This document shows, piece after piece, positions 54,258 through 64,000 of a stretch of 64,000 nucleotides of DNA (positions are counted from its first letter, which is position 1; each line of letters begins with the position of its first letter). The notes beneath the pieces were generated by a model, which searched no databases, was not told the origin of the DNA, and saw nothing but the letters and a program-made list of their open reading frames with translations. The translations under genes and the position numbers were made by a program. The DNA is from a virus. Taxonomy: Duplodnaviria; Caudoviricetes. The stretch lies in the IMG/VR virus record IMGVR_UViG_3300029288_005873, positions 192,001 to 256,000 of that record; one strand, written 5' to 3'.

Positions 54258-54799
54258 CTAACCCTCTTCCAGGCGAGTATATTATCGGGGTGACCTGGTC
54301 GTGGATCTATACGCACTTTATATCCGAGGGAAGTTAGGTCTTCTGGGTATACATTCCAGAGGTGACGTTCGAACACGTTATCGTAGCACAAATCCTGTGG
54401 AGCTTCGCCGTTGGGACAACCTAGGACCACGAGTGAACAAGCATTTTCTAGATTAGCGAGAGCTTTTGTAAAATATTCCTTATGGACGTGTTCAGGACCA
54501 TGCCACCAGAGTCCAAGGTCATAGGGAGCCGGCAAAAATGAAGAAACCACATCGCCACAGATTACGGGGACGCCATAGGTATGTTGAATAAATTTGGCGT
54601 TTTCCGGCCAGATTTCGATAACGGCGGTATTCCATCCAAGTTGAATCAAGTCATGGAGCATATATGCTCGTTGGACGGAGGCACCGACATACAGTAGTCT
54701 TTTATCTTGTCCGTTAAGGATTTCTGGAAGCTCAGCAAGGAGCGCCCCTTTTTCTGGAAGGTCCTGTGGTCCCATTGGAACATCATATTGATTTGACAA
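54254..54799 (-). CDS. SAM-dependent methyltransferase-like protein
   Basis: LLYVGA, IEIW, GDV, WWHGPEH. Confidence 0.6.
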   Translation of the reverse strand: MSNQYDVPMGPQDLPEKGALLAELPEILNGQDKRLLYVGASVQRAYMLHDLIQLGWNTAVIEIWPENAKFIQHTYGVPVICGDVVSSFLPAPYDLGLWWHGPEHVHKEYFTKALANLENACSLVVLGCPNGEAPQDLCYDNVFERHLWNVYPEDLTSLGYKVRIDPRPGHPDNILAWKRVR

Positions 54800-54870
54800 G
54801 ATTAACCCTCCTGTCGTCTAGATGTCCTATAATTGATAGTTTTTACTTGGGTGTGTATACACCAAAATTG

Positions 54871-55627
54871 TTATCTACATATATACCAATTACCAGGAGG
54901 AATTTCGATAGGCTCTATTTTGGAATTATTCCCCATTACTGATTGCCAATATAATGGTCCGCCTCCTGATGTAACAAAAACATGGGAATAAATAGGAAGT
55001 AGAGATACAAAAGCAGCAAGTTTAGTTGGACCAGCTTCATCAGCGGCATGCATAGAGATAGCTAGAGAAAGATCATTTGGTGGTGGTTTTAGGATAGGAC
55101 TAGACGAATGCGATATAGGAACGCCGCGCTGACCGAGATACATTCGTTGTAGGGCAGAAAGTTCAGGAAGGTCATGGATTATCCATTGTCCGCGAAAACC
55201 TAAAGAATGAGCAATCCTAGCAAAACTACCATAACCTCCGCCGAATTCGAAAACGAAATTAAAATCAGAAATACGATGACCGGTCATACGTTCTAGAACG
55301 AGCATTTGGTGAGCGTGTCCAATGGCAGTACTAGAAGCGCCTTCTAAATCTATAGATGAAGTAAGACCATCTGCCAGGACAGGAAGCCAGCGAGAGAGCC
55401 AATCTGGATCAGCTTGTAATGGGGGTAAGCGTACCGAATTAGCCTCTTGGTCCAGACCATAGACCGCCGCGACTTATTTCCGGCCATTCCCACCAATTAG
55501 AAATATTGCCAGAAGCTCCTCGGGTACGGATACCTATACAAATATCATTCCAATGATCAAGGGAAGTTTCATGTGGTATTGGTTGTCGCATCTCATCGAC
55601 AAAATTTTGTTCGAATTTATCCATCAA
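54871..55627 (-). pseudogene. putative sugar O-methyltransferase split by a 1-nt frameshift near 55465
   Basis: The 54871..55305 frame (VFEFGGGYG, HDLPELSALQ) stays open up to about 55470, where it meets the 55439..55627 frame. Confidence 0.65.
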
Positions 55628-55669
55628 CTACCCCAAATACAACCTATGACCTTGGATCTGGTAATCTTC

Positions 55670-56389
55670 CTACCCCAGCCCCCAGCGTTTAGAAAGAACA
55701 TCAGCGATCTCTTGAGCAAATTTTGCCCCGGCTTCTAAATCCTTGGATTCGTTGGTTTTAGTACAACGGCATTCTTTGCCACAATCTCCGCCGCCACAAC
55801 AATTCGGCATCGTTGCCTGATCTAATTCCTTTTCTTCACAACAAGAATGGCAGCATTTCTTCTCAAGCGCTTTCCTAAAGGCTTTCTTAAAAACGTTTAT
55901 CATTTCTTTATCGTGAGTAAACTCCTCATCTAGCCATTCATTAGTCTGACAGCTGAATTTTGGACCACAACACTCATTACAATTTTTTCCACAACGATTT
56001 TTACTACAACATGTAAGAGGGAAGAGGGGATCAACTGGATCAAGAAGATCTTGTTCTTCCAACTCTTTAAGGGTTTTTAGGATGGGTTCCTCTGAACTCT
56101 TCTTGGTCAAATCTTTGCGCTTAATAATTCCTTTTTCACCTGAAGCATCAAGGATATGGTTCCAATTAGGATAAGGTAGGTTTGGAATTGAGTTAGGCCA
56201 AACCATAGGATTGAGCTTATCAGCTTGCTGATGAAGCATTGTCGCAAACTCACGCAAATCATCAGCCACCTCTTGAATTGGAACCCGAATAGGCTTAGGG
56301 GGTCGTGGGGGTTCTTTGGTTACGGGAAGCGGACCAACCACGCGGTCGAGAATAGCGTTAACGATTTTTTTCAATAATTCCGTGATCAT
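55670..56389 (-). CDS. Cys-rich hypothetical protein
   Basis: Repeated CC clusters; N-terminus related to 56393..56746. Confidence 0.6.
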   Translation of the reverse strand: MITELLKKIVNAILDRVVGPLPVTKEPPRPPKPIRVPIQEVADDLREFATMLHQQADKLNPMVWPNSIPNLPYPNWNHILDASGEKGIIKRKDLTKKSSEEPILKTLKELEEQDLLDPVDPLFPLTCCSKNRCGKNCNECCGPKFSCQTNEWLDEEFTHDKEMINVFKKAFRKALEKKCCHSCCEEKELDQATMPNCCGGGDCGKECRCTKTNESKDLEAGAKFAQEIADVLSKRWGLG

Positions 56390-56392
56390 TGA

Positions 56393-56746
56393 TTACTCCT
56401 TGTTTTTTGCGGCCATACATTCTTTGATAAAATACCTCATTTCATCTGGAGACATTTTATCGGCAGAAGTTTTACGCATTTCGAGGATGGTTTTTTTGAT
56501 GTTCTCCATTTGCTCATAAGTTGGAGCGTATTGTTTATAGATTGAGGGCATAACTGCGGCTGGCGGGGGATCGACTTTGTCTGCCAATTCTCTCAACTGA
56601 GTCGCATATCCCTTGGGCCAATAATCTTGAGACATTTCTATTTCTTCTTCGAGGCAGCTTTGTTTGATTTCAGATTTTTCGGGTTGAGGCTCAGCAATAA
56701 AAGCGAGCAATCTCTCTAGGATTTTCTCCAACAATTTCCTGATCAT
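56393..56746 (-). CDS. hypothetical protein
   Basis: AT.L...ADK..P shared with 55670..56389. Confidence 0.6.
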   Translation of the reverse strand: MIRKLLEKILERLLAFIAEPQPEKSEIKQSCLEEEIEMSQDYWPKGYATQLRELADKVDPPPAAVMPSIYKQYAPTYEQMENIKKTILEMRKTSADKMSPDEMRYFIKECMAAKNKE

Positions 56747-56810
56747 ATCTTTCTCCTATTCAAAAATTCCCCCATTTTTAAGGGGGTAAAAAATCAATGA
56801 TTATGGGATA

Positions 56811-57014
56811 TTATCCAAAAACAAGTTCCAATAGACGTTCTGCCTTTTCATTGCGGAACGCTGGATCTTTGAGGCGGTCGTCGTCGAGGTTGTCATACAT
56901 GAACATGGCAAGATTGGCTATCCATGCCTCCATATAGCCGGGGTCGGTAGCGATAGCCTTACGTATGCGGTCGCGTGCTGCGGCTATGGGGTTAGTAGTG
57001 TTTATGACCTTCAT
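56811..57014 (-). CDS. hypothetical protein
   Basis: 67 aa ORF, AAGGA RBS. Confidence 0.55.
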   Translation of the reverse strand: MKVINTTNPIAAARDRIRKAIATDPGYMEAWIANLAMFMYDNLDDDRLKDPAFRNEKAERLLELVFG

Positions 57015-57242
57015 ACTTTTCCTTTCTTATTAGAAGGTCTGAAAGGGCCATCTTTTGATTTCCGGGTTTAGTCCAGATCTTTTTAAGTGTTTCCAAGATT
57101 TTAGATCCAATGGTCATCTTTTCTACCTCCTGTCTATTATATATCTGATTATTGATAGTTGCTAGGGAAATTTTCACAGATTACGGGATTTTTCAAGAGG
57201 GAGATATTTAGATGAAGGAAATGTTTTTGAAGGGGAGTTTTG

Positions 57243-57482
57243 CTAAGAGGAAGTCCGGCAAGCAAGCACTTCATGTTTTTTGATACCATAGTCAAGCACT
57301 ATCCAACATTTTACACCATGGACAGATCCAGCAATGCGGAGTTCGCCACCAACCAACCGAACAATAACCGTGGAGATGCCGCCATCAGGCCATTTAATCT
57401 CTAGTTTATCGTTATCAACTATCTTCTTTTCATCCAGGATAAAACATCCTTGTGGATTGCGTTCGATAGGAGAATACGGCAT
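57243..57482 (-). CDS. hypothetical protein
   Basis: 79 aa ORF, AAGGAGG RBS. Confidence 0.55.
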   Translation of the reverse strand: MPYSPIERNPQGCFILDEKKIVDNDKLEIKWPDGGISTVIVRLVGGELRIAGSVHGVKCWIVLDYGIKKHEVLACRTSS

Positions 57483-57503
57483 TCATGCGGACCTCCTTAT
57501 GAT

Positions 57504-57755
57504 TTATGCTCTTGTAGAAAGCGGAAGAGCCGCCTCCAAAGGAGCCAAAGTACTATGCCTAGTTTCGACAAGCATATCTTCTGGAACGGCATAAACCATA
57601 GATATTGGTTTTACCTTGTAATATACTTGCTCATCCACAGTGTCTCTTCCTACAATCTCAAATTTGACTTTTCCAAAACCCCTTATCTCGACATGTTTTC
57701 CCACCTCATGAAACTCCGCTGCCCTTTTCGAGATTGGAATATCGAAAGTTTTCAT
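57504..57755 (-). CDS. hypothetical protein
   Basis: 83 aa ORF, AGGAG RBS. Confidence 0.55.
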   Translation of the reverse strand: MKTFDIPISKRAAEFHEVGKHVEIRGFGKVKFEIVGRDTVDEQVYYKVKPISMVYAVPEDMLVETRHSTLAPLEAALPLSTRA

Positions 57756-57772
57756 GGTCTTTTTCTCCTGTT

Positions 57773-60679
57773 TTAGCTAACTCTCCAAATTTCTATGCGG
57801 GCTCTAGTAATGCTAACGGTGCCGCCCGTAGGTGATGCAAATTGAATTAGGAAAGTTTTTGGGGTTCCAGTAAATACGACATACTGAAATCCATCAAGTT
57901 GTTGTCTATCAGTGGTCAGTGTCGTCAATCTACCTTGTATGAAACAAAGTTCTACCGCATCAGTAGAATTATAAAGTCTGGCAGAGACATCTCTTGATCC
58001 AGTACCACCCACTATAACTGCGAGTTCGGCATGACAACCAACTCTATAAGTTCCAGCAAGTGCTGCCGTTGTGAGGGTTAATTTTGTCTGGAAAGCAGCA
58101 TTTGTAGTTGTAGAAGCGCCTTCTGAAGCAGCATTTGTAAAATCCCTACCAAACATTGAAAGTATATTTCCCAAAGTAGCATAAACTTTTACTTGACCAG
58201 CGGCACTGTCTTCCATCAAAAGAACATCTGCAGATACTGGAATTGTTTTCTGAGTAAAAGTAGTAAAATCACCTGCCCCTCTTGTCAATCCAGAATGGAC
58301 ATGATCGGACCTAGAGAAGGTTGAAGCTGATCCTGTAGCATTATCTGTAGAGACAGCAACGGGACTGCCTGCCAATAAGGCATGCTGATGATCTGATCGA
58401 GCCAAGCTAGTAGCAACTCCCTCATCAGTCGTGTTACCGATAGCCAAGGGTGAAGGGGCAGCTGTTGAAATGTCGTGCTTATGATCAGATTTTGCTATCT
58501 CATTAGTTGTTCCAACCGATGCCAACGAACGTTCAACAGGTAGGGGTGGAGTCGATGTAAATGGAAGTTGCGCAGTGGCAACTTGCGTCATAGCATTAAG
58601 CCCACAAAATCCATTAGCAAGATTCTTTTCTGCCCTTAATTGATATTGTTGGTGGTCATTATCAGCGAGTCCAGAAAGAGAACCATGGTCAGTAATGATT
58701 GTTCCTGCTGCCGCTAGTTGTCCGAGTTTGGGGCGCTGATCATCAATTGTTGTAATATCTATAGCTCCTCTCTGTACTATAATTCCCGCAAGACGAAGCG
58801 CCACATTATTAAATACATTTGGTGGGTTAGGATTGTTTAATGCTAAAATGGCAGAATCGTATACTTGCTGCCCATATACTACATGATATTCTGTACCACC
58901 GTCATTTGAGGTCAAATAAACAAGATCACGTTTGAATTTACCACTAGGGACTAGTTGAATAGTACCAGAACCTATAAAATTATATGCATCATAACCATCA
59001 GGATTTATAGCAGTTTGTCCTGGTGTTGCCATCCAGCCCCCAGAAGCTGTACGATTCCAATAAGTGAACGTTATTGGAGAATGGGCATCCGCTGTTTTAG
59101 GTACGTTGTATATATAATAACTACCAGCATCAACGCTTATTTGTAAAGAAGGCGAACCATATTTAGTGACTGCTGTTCCTGATACAGAAATCGGACCCAC
59201 AACATCACGAGCATAGATAAAACTAGCTGGAGTTGGCTGAGCTAAAATAGCATGTCTTGAACCTAGGATAGTTACATTTCCGCCGTCTGTAGAGGCGACT
59301 GCAAAAGATATGCTATTGTATGGAGACGTCACAAAAGGGCTGGCAGAAAATACACCATTGACATCACAAATTACGAAGGCGATGGGCATATTTGGATCCA
59401 ATGTCAGGTTGGTTGAAGGCCAGACAAGTCTACTTAGAAGACGCCCATCATTAATAAAACCATAGCCTTCCGAAATATTTACGGTAAGACCAGAAACCCT
59501 TGTAACTTCACCACCTTGGACAACACCAGTGTTGCCATTCGCTTTTGTATAACTGACAAGAGGAATGGTTGCAGAAATAGGACCACACCAAATTTCACCA
59601 CGAACCACATTTCCATAATCTAATGTGTGATTATCATCCACAAATGAAGCAACAAAACGTGTACCTTCTGGAACTGAAATAAGATCACGACGTAAAAATC
59701 CACCAGATACAGAAATAATACACGTATCCGTATCAGAAAGTATATCCCAAGTAAAAACATCTTCAAAAATAAAGCAAGAAGCTAGATATGCTTCTGTATC
59801 AATACTTGTTGGACCAATATGGATAGCATTTGTCCCTAAAGTAAAAGCACAAGAAATCAAAACAACAAAGGCGCCATTATCAACAAAAATACCATTGGTA
59901 CCGCCTGCTCCATATAGACTATCTGTCAAATATAGAACGGAATCGTCTCCTTGTACTTCAAAGCCGTTCCTACAAACCACTCCATAAGGTATAATACAAT
60001 TTGTAGCTAAAACAGTTCCACTATTAATTTGTAGAAAAGTCTGCATAGGATTACTGTTGTTTGTAGATACTTCAGTAACCTGTAGATTTCCTGAAACAGT
60101 ATTACATGTTATGCCATAATATCCATCTAATATAATAGAATTATCAACACGAAAAGGTGTGGGATTGATATCATTATATACTATTGCCGCACATCCGTTG
60201 CCAGTAGGACCCACAATATCAATATCGGTTATTCCTGAAGAATGTGATCCAGTTATAAAATTGTCATAATTATCAAGAGTTGCTACTACAACAGAATGCC
60301 CATGCCCGCCCTTACCTATAAGGGAGACGTAAGGTTTTAATGTGAAGGGCTGTTCGAAATATACCCCAGGAGCAACATAAATCGCATATTGATCGAGAGC
60401 TGAGGCTGTTACAGAATCTATAGCCGATTTGATCGATGTATATTCTCCCGTAGGAGCTACGGTTATAGTATGATACCGTTCACTAAGGATTGGATCATTT
60501 TCCGTTAAATAGCGATTTGTAGCTGAGGGTGTTCCGGACGAACCAGCTAATGCTGCTTTTTGTCCATCAGTTGGTACATTTCCAGATAAAAGTTCAATAC
60601 TTGAAACTCTTCCATCCAAACCCACTATTTGGTCTCGTAAACCATAAGAGCCTGGCCAAACTTTTGGTCCAATTGCCAT
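57773..60679 (-). CDS. tail fibre/spike-like structural protein with pectin-lyase-type beta-helix
   Basis: TVAPTGEYTSIKSAID..IYVAPGVY.E cap motif, beta-helix repeats, three (A/S)(R/K)SDHxH repeats. Confidence 0.7.
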   Translation of the reverse strand: MAIGPKVWPGSYGLRDQIVGLDGRVSSIELLSGNVPTDGQKAALAGSSGTPSATNRYLTENDPILSERYHTITVAPTGEYTSIKSAIDSVTASALDQYAIYVAPGVYFEQPFTLKPYVSLIGKGGHGHSVVVATLDNYDNFITGSHSSGITDIDIVGPTGNGCAAIVYNDINPTPFRVDNSIILDGYYGITCNTVSGNLQVTEVSTNNSNPMQTFLQINSGTVLATNCIIPYGVVCRNGFEVQGDDSVLYLTDSLYGAGGTNGIFVDNGAFVVLISCAFTLGTNAIHIGPTSIDTEAYLASCFIFEDVFTWDILSDTDTCIISVSGGFLRRDLISVPEGTRFVASFVDDNHTLDYGNVVRGEIWCGPISATIPLVSYTKANGNTGVVQGGEVTRVSGLTVNISEGYGFINDGRLLSRLVWPSTNLTLDPNMPIAFVICDVNGVFSASPFVTSPYNSISFAVASTDGGNVTILGSRHAILAQPTPASFIYARDVVGPISVSGTAVTKYGSPSLQISVDAGSYYIYNVPKTADAHSPITFTYWNRTASGGWMATPGQTAINPDGYDAYNFIGSGTIQLVPSGKFKRDLVYLTSNDGGTEYHVVYGQQVYDSAILALNNPNPPNVFNNVALRLAGIIVQRGAIDITTIDDQRPKLGQLAAAGTIITDHGSLSGLADNDHQQYQLRAEKNLANGFCGLNAMTQVATAQLPFTSTPPLPVERSLASVGTTNEIAKSDHKHDISTAAPSPLAIGNTTDEGVATSLARSDHQHALLAGSPVAVSTDNATGSASTFSRSDHVHSGLTRGAGDFTTFTQKTIPVSADVLLMEDSAAGQVKVYATLGNILSMFGRDFTNAASEGASTTTNAAFQTKLTLTTAALAGTYRVGCHAELAVIVGGTGSRDVSARLYNSTDAVELCFIQGRLTTLTTDRQQLDGFQYVVFTGTPKTFLIQFASPTGGTVSITRARIEIWRVS

Positions 60680-60694
60680 AGAAGAAACCCTCCG

Positions 60695-61354
60695 TCAGCC
60701 TTCCACACCATATTCCATGACTATATGGTCAAACGCATAGCTTGAGGCGTCTACTAATGACCTTGGAGTTGTGACAAGTGTATTACTTGTAAGACGAAAC
60801 TCCAGAAATCTAGCAACTACATCAGCTCCCACAGCACCACCTGGAGCTCTGCTAGGTGTAGGTGTAAGTTTGCCATTTGACATGGGGAAAATTGGGTCCC
60901 CTGGAAACAGAGAAGTGTTGGTTGGTACTAATCCCAACGTAGCATCGGTATCTACCGCATCAAGTGTTACTCCATAAGTTCCAGGTTTGTTCCAAACCGT
61001 TACCTTACCACTTCCGCTGTTGGTTTGCGGACCTAGATTAGAATTGGTACGACCAAGAACTGAACCGACAATTTGCCCAAAAAGAATACCATATCCAGAA
61101 CTTCCATCATCCAATAACCAAAGAGGTCTGAGTCCATTCTGACCAAGATATGGAGCAACCATCAATCTGCGTTGATCGCTAGTGTTATCCATACTCTGTC
61201 TAGCATCAAAAGCAGCCACTTCTGAAGATGTATTAGATCTAGGACCTCTCCATACAGTACCTATCTCACCACCCATAATTGTACTAGCATAGGAATCCAT
61301 TAAATCAAACTGTCCAACGGGTTGGATTCCTGGCTGAAGAATACGAAGCGCCAT
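60695..61354 (-). CDS. putative virion structural (head decoration-like) protein
   Basis: Gly-rich beta protein next to the fibre gene; GSGKVTVW..PG.Y. Confidence 0.45.
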   Translation of the reverse strand: MALRILQPGIQPVGQFDLMDSYASTIMGGEIGTVWRGPRSNTSSEVAAFDARQSMDNTSDQRRLMVAPYLGQNGLRPLWLLDDGSSGYGILFGQIVGSVLGRTNSNLGPQTNSGSGKVTVWNKPGTYGVTLDAVDTDATLGLVPTNTSLFPGDPIFPMSNGKLTPTPSRAPGGAVGADVVARFLEFRLTSNTLVTTPRSLVDASSYAFDHIVMEYGVEG

Positions 61355-61426
61355 CTATTATTTCCTCCCAAGCCCTCCCAGTTTTTACAAAATATGGGCA
61401 TATGGATATAAACATATTAATAGTTT

Positions 61427-62515
61427 TTAGGGATTACGTGATCTACAATGACGCGAACCGCAGCAACATCGGGTCGGCACTGAGGCGCCTGTAATAGAAT
61501 AATCGTGGCATATTTCCTCACCAGCGCCAATGTCACGGACGGCAATTGGCACAGAAAGACCACCTGCCCGCATTAAAGTTACATTGGGCTCACAGGAATG
61601 ATTCATGGAATCACAAGAAAATGCCGCAATAGCTTCTCCTGTTTTGATAACGCGAGGCGCCATCGTTCCTAATCCATGTATTTTGGAGTTCTCAATTTTT
61701 GCTTTTGCCGCCTTTTGAAGCCTTACATGAAGCAACAAAGCACGAATGATTCTATCATTCACCTCTGCTCTGACATTGATGTTGGCTCCTCTTGGGGTCT
61801 CTGTAACAAGGCATATTGGAACCCCCTCATGATGAAGTCGGTCCTCAAATGAACCATCATGATGATTCAATGATAAACCCCCATGGAGCTGGGCACTATT
61901 TTCAGATATAGTACGGTCTTGTGTTATCCCAAAGGTGACCATTTCCGCCAAGGCAGCATTGGCTGCCGAAACGGGACGGGCACCATAGGCATAAGCATGA
62001 GCTGTAGGAAAGCCATCCTCATGAAGTGACAGGAATAGATCTCCTGACATCTGTTTGAGGAGTGAGAGATTTTCTAGAAGTATTCGTCCTTCTTTGGAAG
62101 GCGGTGTGGGATCAATATCAGGATGGCAGAAGCCATCATTGGGATTTTCACCCCATTGGTTACGTCTTTGAGCAACGCGCAAGCCTGTTGGGTTTAGAAC
62201 AGGTATTATGGAGAGCGAAATGCCGTCCAGCCAAGGATCGGCAGCTGTTTCAAGCATATGTAGGATGCCGAGCGGACCGCCGGGTTCTTCGCCATGAAAA
62301 CCTGCGGCGACCAGCACGGCTGGGGCACCCGGTGGCGCGGGACGCTGGAAAGCAAGGATTTCATCGCCAGAAGGTAGCGTTCCTAAGACTCGCTGGGAGA
62401 AACGTCTACGTCCAAAAGCAATCATTAGGCGGGGGAATATCTGTTTAGGATCGGTTGGAGCATGCCATGGTTTATTGGTCTGTGGAGAAGAATTTTTGAA
62501 TTCGGTCATTGACAT
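61427..62515 (-). CDS. M14 zinc carboxypeptidase/deacylase fused to SET and post-SET domain
   Basis: AGFHGEE, LNPTG, LSLHED, ETP; then SKIHGLG, NHSCEPN, RDI.AGEEI..DY, C.CGS..CR. Confidence 0.8.
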   Translation of the reverse strand: MSMTEFKNSSPQTNKPWHAPTDPKQIFPRLMIAFGRRRFSQRVLGTLPSGDEILAFQRPAPPGAPAVLVAAGFHGEEPGGPLGILHMLETAADPWLDGISLSIIPVLNPTGLRVAQRRNQWGENPNDGFCHPDIDPTPPSKEGRILLENLSLLKQMSGDLFLSLHEDGFPTAHAYAYGARPVSAANAALAEMVTFGITQDRTISENSAQLHGGLSLNHHDGSFEDRLHHEGVPICLVTETPRGANINVRAEVNDRIIRALLLHVRLQKAAKAKIENSKIHGLGTMAPRVIKTGEAIAAFSCDSMNHSCEPNVTLMRAGGLSVPIAVRDIGAGEEICHDYSITGASVPTRCCCGSRHCRSRNP

Positions 62516-62534
62516 GCCTCCAAAAGAAAAATTT

Positions 62535-64000
62535 CTAACCGGGCGGAGCACCTAGATTTTTTGTTTTTACATCTAAAGATGATGGAAAATGTGGAGGACG
62601 ATCATCCCATGATATATTAGAATTTGATTTATCAAGCATATCTTTTACAGAATTTACCATTAAACGAACAGCTGCGATCCAACGATTCTTTTTATTAATC
62701 TTCTTTGAACCAATTTTGTAGAGAATTTTGAATATTCTAGAATATTCAAAAGAAACTGTTGAAAGATTAAGATTAGGATTTTTATTTTTGGCATCAATAT
62801 AACCAAAAAAATCTCCCTTAATCCAATATTTTAGGAAAATAAGACGTTCTTCTATAGTCATAGGTGCGGCTATTTCCCGCCATTTTTCTATCGAGTTGCG
62901 CAAATTAGATTGAAATTCAACATCTCGGAGTACATGGTTTATTCTATCACCTTTTGTGCTTGTATATGAACCGGGTTCTTGTTTATTCAAACGTCTTCGT
63001 TGATTTCTAGAAAGTGCCCATGCCTCTCCGCTAGGAGATATTTTGCGATTCCGAACAGACATTGGAGGCAATCCTGCTTGCATTTTCAATTTCAAAGCTG
63101 CTTTTAAGAGGTCTTGTGACAAATGTACCATTTCGTGTCGCAAAGCTGTTTCCAAAGTTGTAAGTCTAAAGTGTAAATTTTCAATTGTTGGAGGTAATCC
63201 TGTTAGAACTTCAATTGCTGGCCAAAAGCCTCCACTATTTTCAGTTGGAGCAAAGCCGGCAAAATATGCTGCACCTACATCTTTTGGGATTTTCGGTACC
63301 GCTCGAAGATAGTAATGCGACCATGGCAATTTTGTTATTAGATTTTCATATTTCCAACCAGAAATATCAATTGGAAGCTTTCTTTCCTGAGTTGTTAGAA
63401 CACCATTGCTAAAATATGAATAATCTTTAGATAATTCTACAAGTTTCTTTTCTAATTTTTCATATTTTGGATCATTTTCCGGAAGAATAGAAAGCCAAGT
63501 ACTAGCATACATTTTCTTAAGCCAGTCCCAAGCTTCATGTATCATTTTTGGTGGAATATCCATTAAAGCAGCAGCTTGCCGTTCCAATTTTGGTAATCCG
63601 AGCATCTCCTTATGGGATCCTCGCGGCATCGGAAGAGTAATTTGACGATAGGCACCGGGCATCAGGTCAAATCTACGCTCAACAGCATTATAGGCTTCAG
63701 GTTCGGTGTCCAAAAGCTTAGCAAAGGGGGTGCCATAAGTTGTGACCTCCGTCTTGCCATCTTCGTAGAACGTCACAAAACCCCTAGGCGCCTTCTTGGC
63801 AGCCTCTGAGGGTATTCCCAACTCATCAATAAGGGATCGATGATCAACACCTGGAATCTCAATTCCATCATGGACATTTCGTCTATAGACTAGCTTTAGC
63901 GCATTGGCATCCCAAATCCAGATAAATTCATCTAGGACACCTAGGCGACGCCCAGCATGCCTGGATATGGGAATATCATTTTCAAATTGCTCGAGGAATT
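62535..64000 (-). CDS. large hypothetical protein with HExxH motif (5'-partial)
   Basis: Frame stays open to the window end; LRHEMVH. Confidence 0.6.
   Translation of the reverse strand, partial: FLEQFENDIPISRHAGRRLGVLDEFIWIWDANALKLVYRRNVHDGIEIPGVDHRSLIDELGIPSEAAKKAPRGFVTFYEDGKTEVTTYGTPFAKLLDTEPEAYNAVERRFDLMPGAYRQITLPMPRGSHKEMLGLPKLERQAAALMDIPPKMIHEAWDWLKKMYASTWLSILPENDPKYEKLEKKLVELSKDYSYFSNGVLTTQERKLPIDISGWKYENLITKLPWSHYYLRAVPKIPKDVGAAYFAGFAPTENSGGFWPAIEVLTGLPPTIENLHFRLTTLETALRHEMVHLSQDLLKAALKLKMQAGLPPMSVRNRKISPSGEAWALSRNQRRRLNKQEPGSYTSTKGDRINHVLRDVEFQSNLRNSIEKWREIAAPMTIEERLIFLKYWIKGDFFGYIDAKNKNPNLNLSTVSFEYSRIFKILYKIGSKKINKKNRWIAAVRLMVNSVKDMLDKSNSNISWDDRPPHFPSSLDVKTKNLGAPPG

Noticed and set aside
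18666-55627. A genome-wide programmed frameshifting system
   Set aside because: The shifts near 18920, 19175, 30835 and 55465 share no common signal; decay or assembly indels explain them equally well without read data
1-64000. Stop-codon reassignment
   Set aside because: TAG and TGA both end conserved proteins at the same position (CPKCEP*), rpsL and the tmRNA tag end in TAG, and no suppressor tRNA is seen

Overview
Segment of a jumbo (huge) bacteriophage genome. Densely packed, mostly short genes lie almost all on the minus strand; the only convincing plus-strand genes are two homing-type endonucleases. The window is unusually rich in RNA elements. It has 8 recognisable tRNAs, two of them (Lys-UUU and Ile2-CAU) split by group I introns, plus a tmRNA (tag ANNNANQMLAAA) and three type-P1 twister ribozymes in gene leaders. 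It also has four non-canonical tRNA-like RNAs (two with extra arms) and several orphan structured RNAs. Translation and proteostasis genes include a stand-alone ribosomal protein S12, TilS next to its Ile2 substrate, two L7/L12-CTD-like proteins, ClpA, DnaJ and a possible Hfq-like protein. Six proteins share a C-terminal CxxC..CPKCEP zinc ribbon. After a regulatory region and compositional break at about 49.7 kb come a CMP-ulosonate/GT29 glycosylation cluster and virion structural genes. The top candidate novel system is the ribozyme- and tRNA-mimic-punctuated block at 41.5-45.3 kb. It may produce 5'-OH-stabilised or circularisable mRNAs, including the S12 message. Several apparent frameshifts could be assembly errors. 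All calls come from motif recognition and manual base-pairing; no searches were run.
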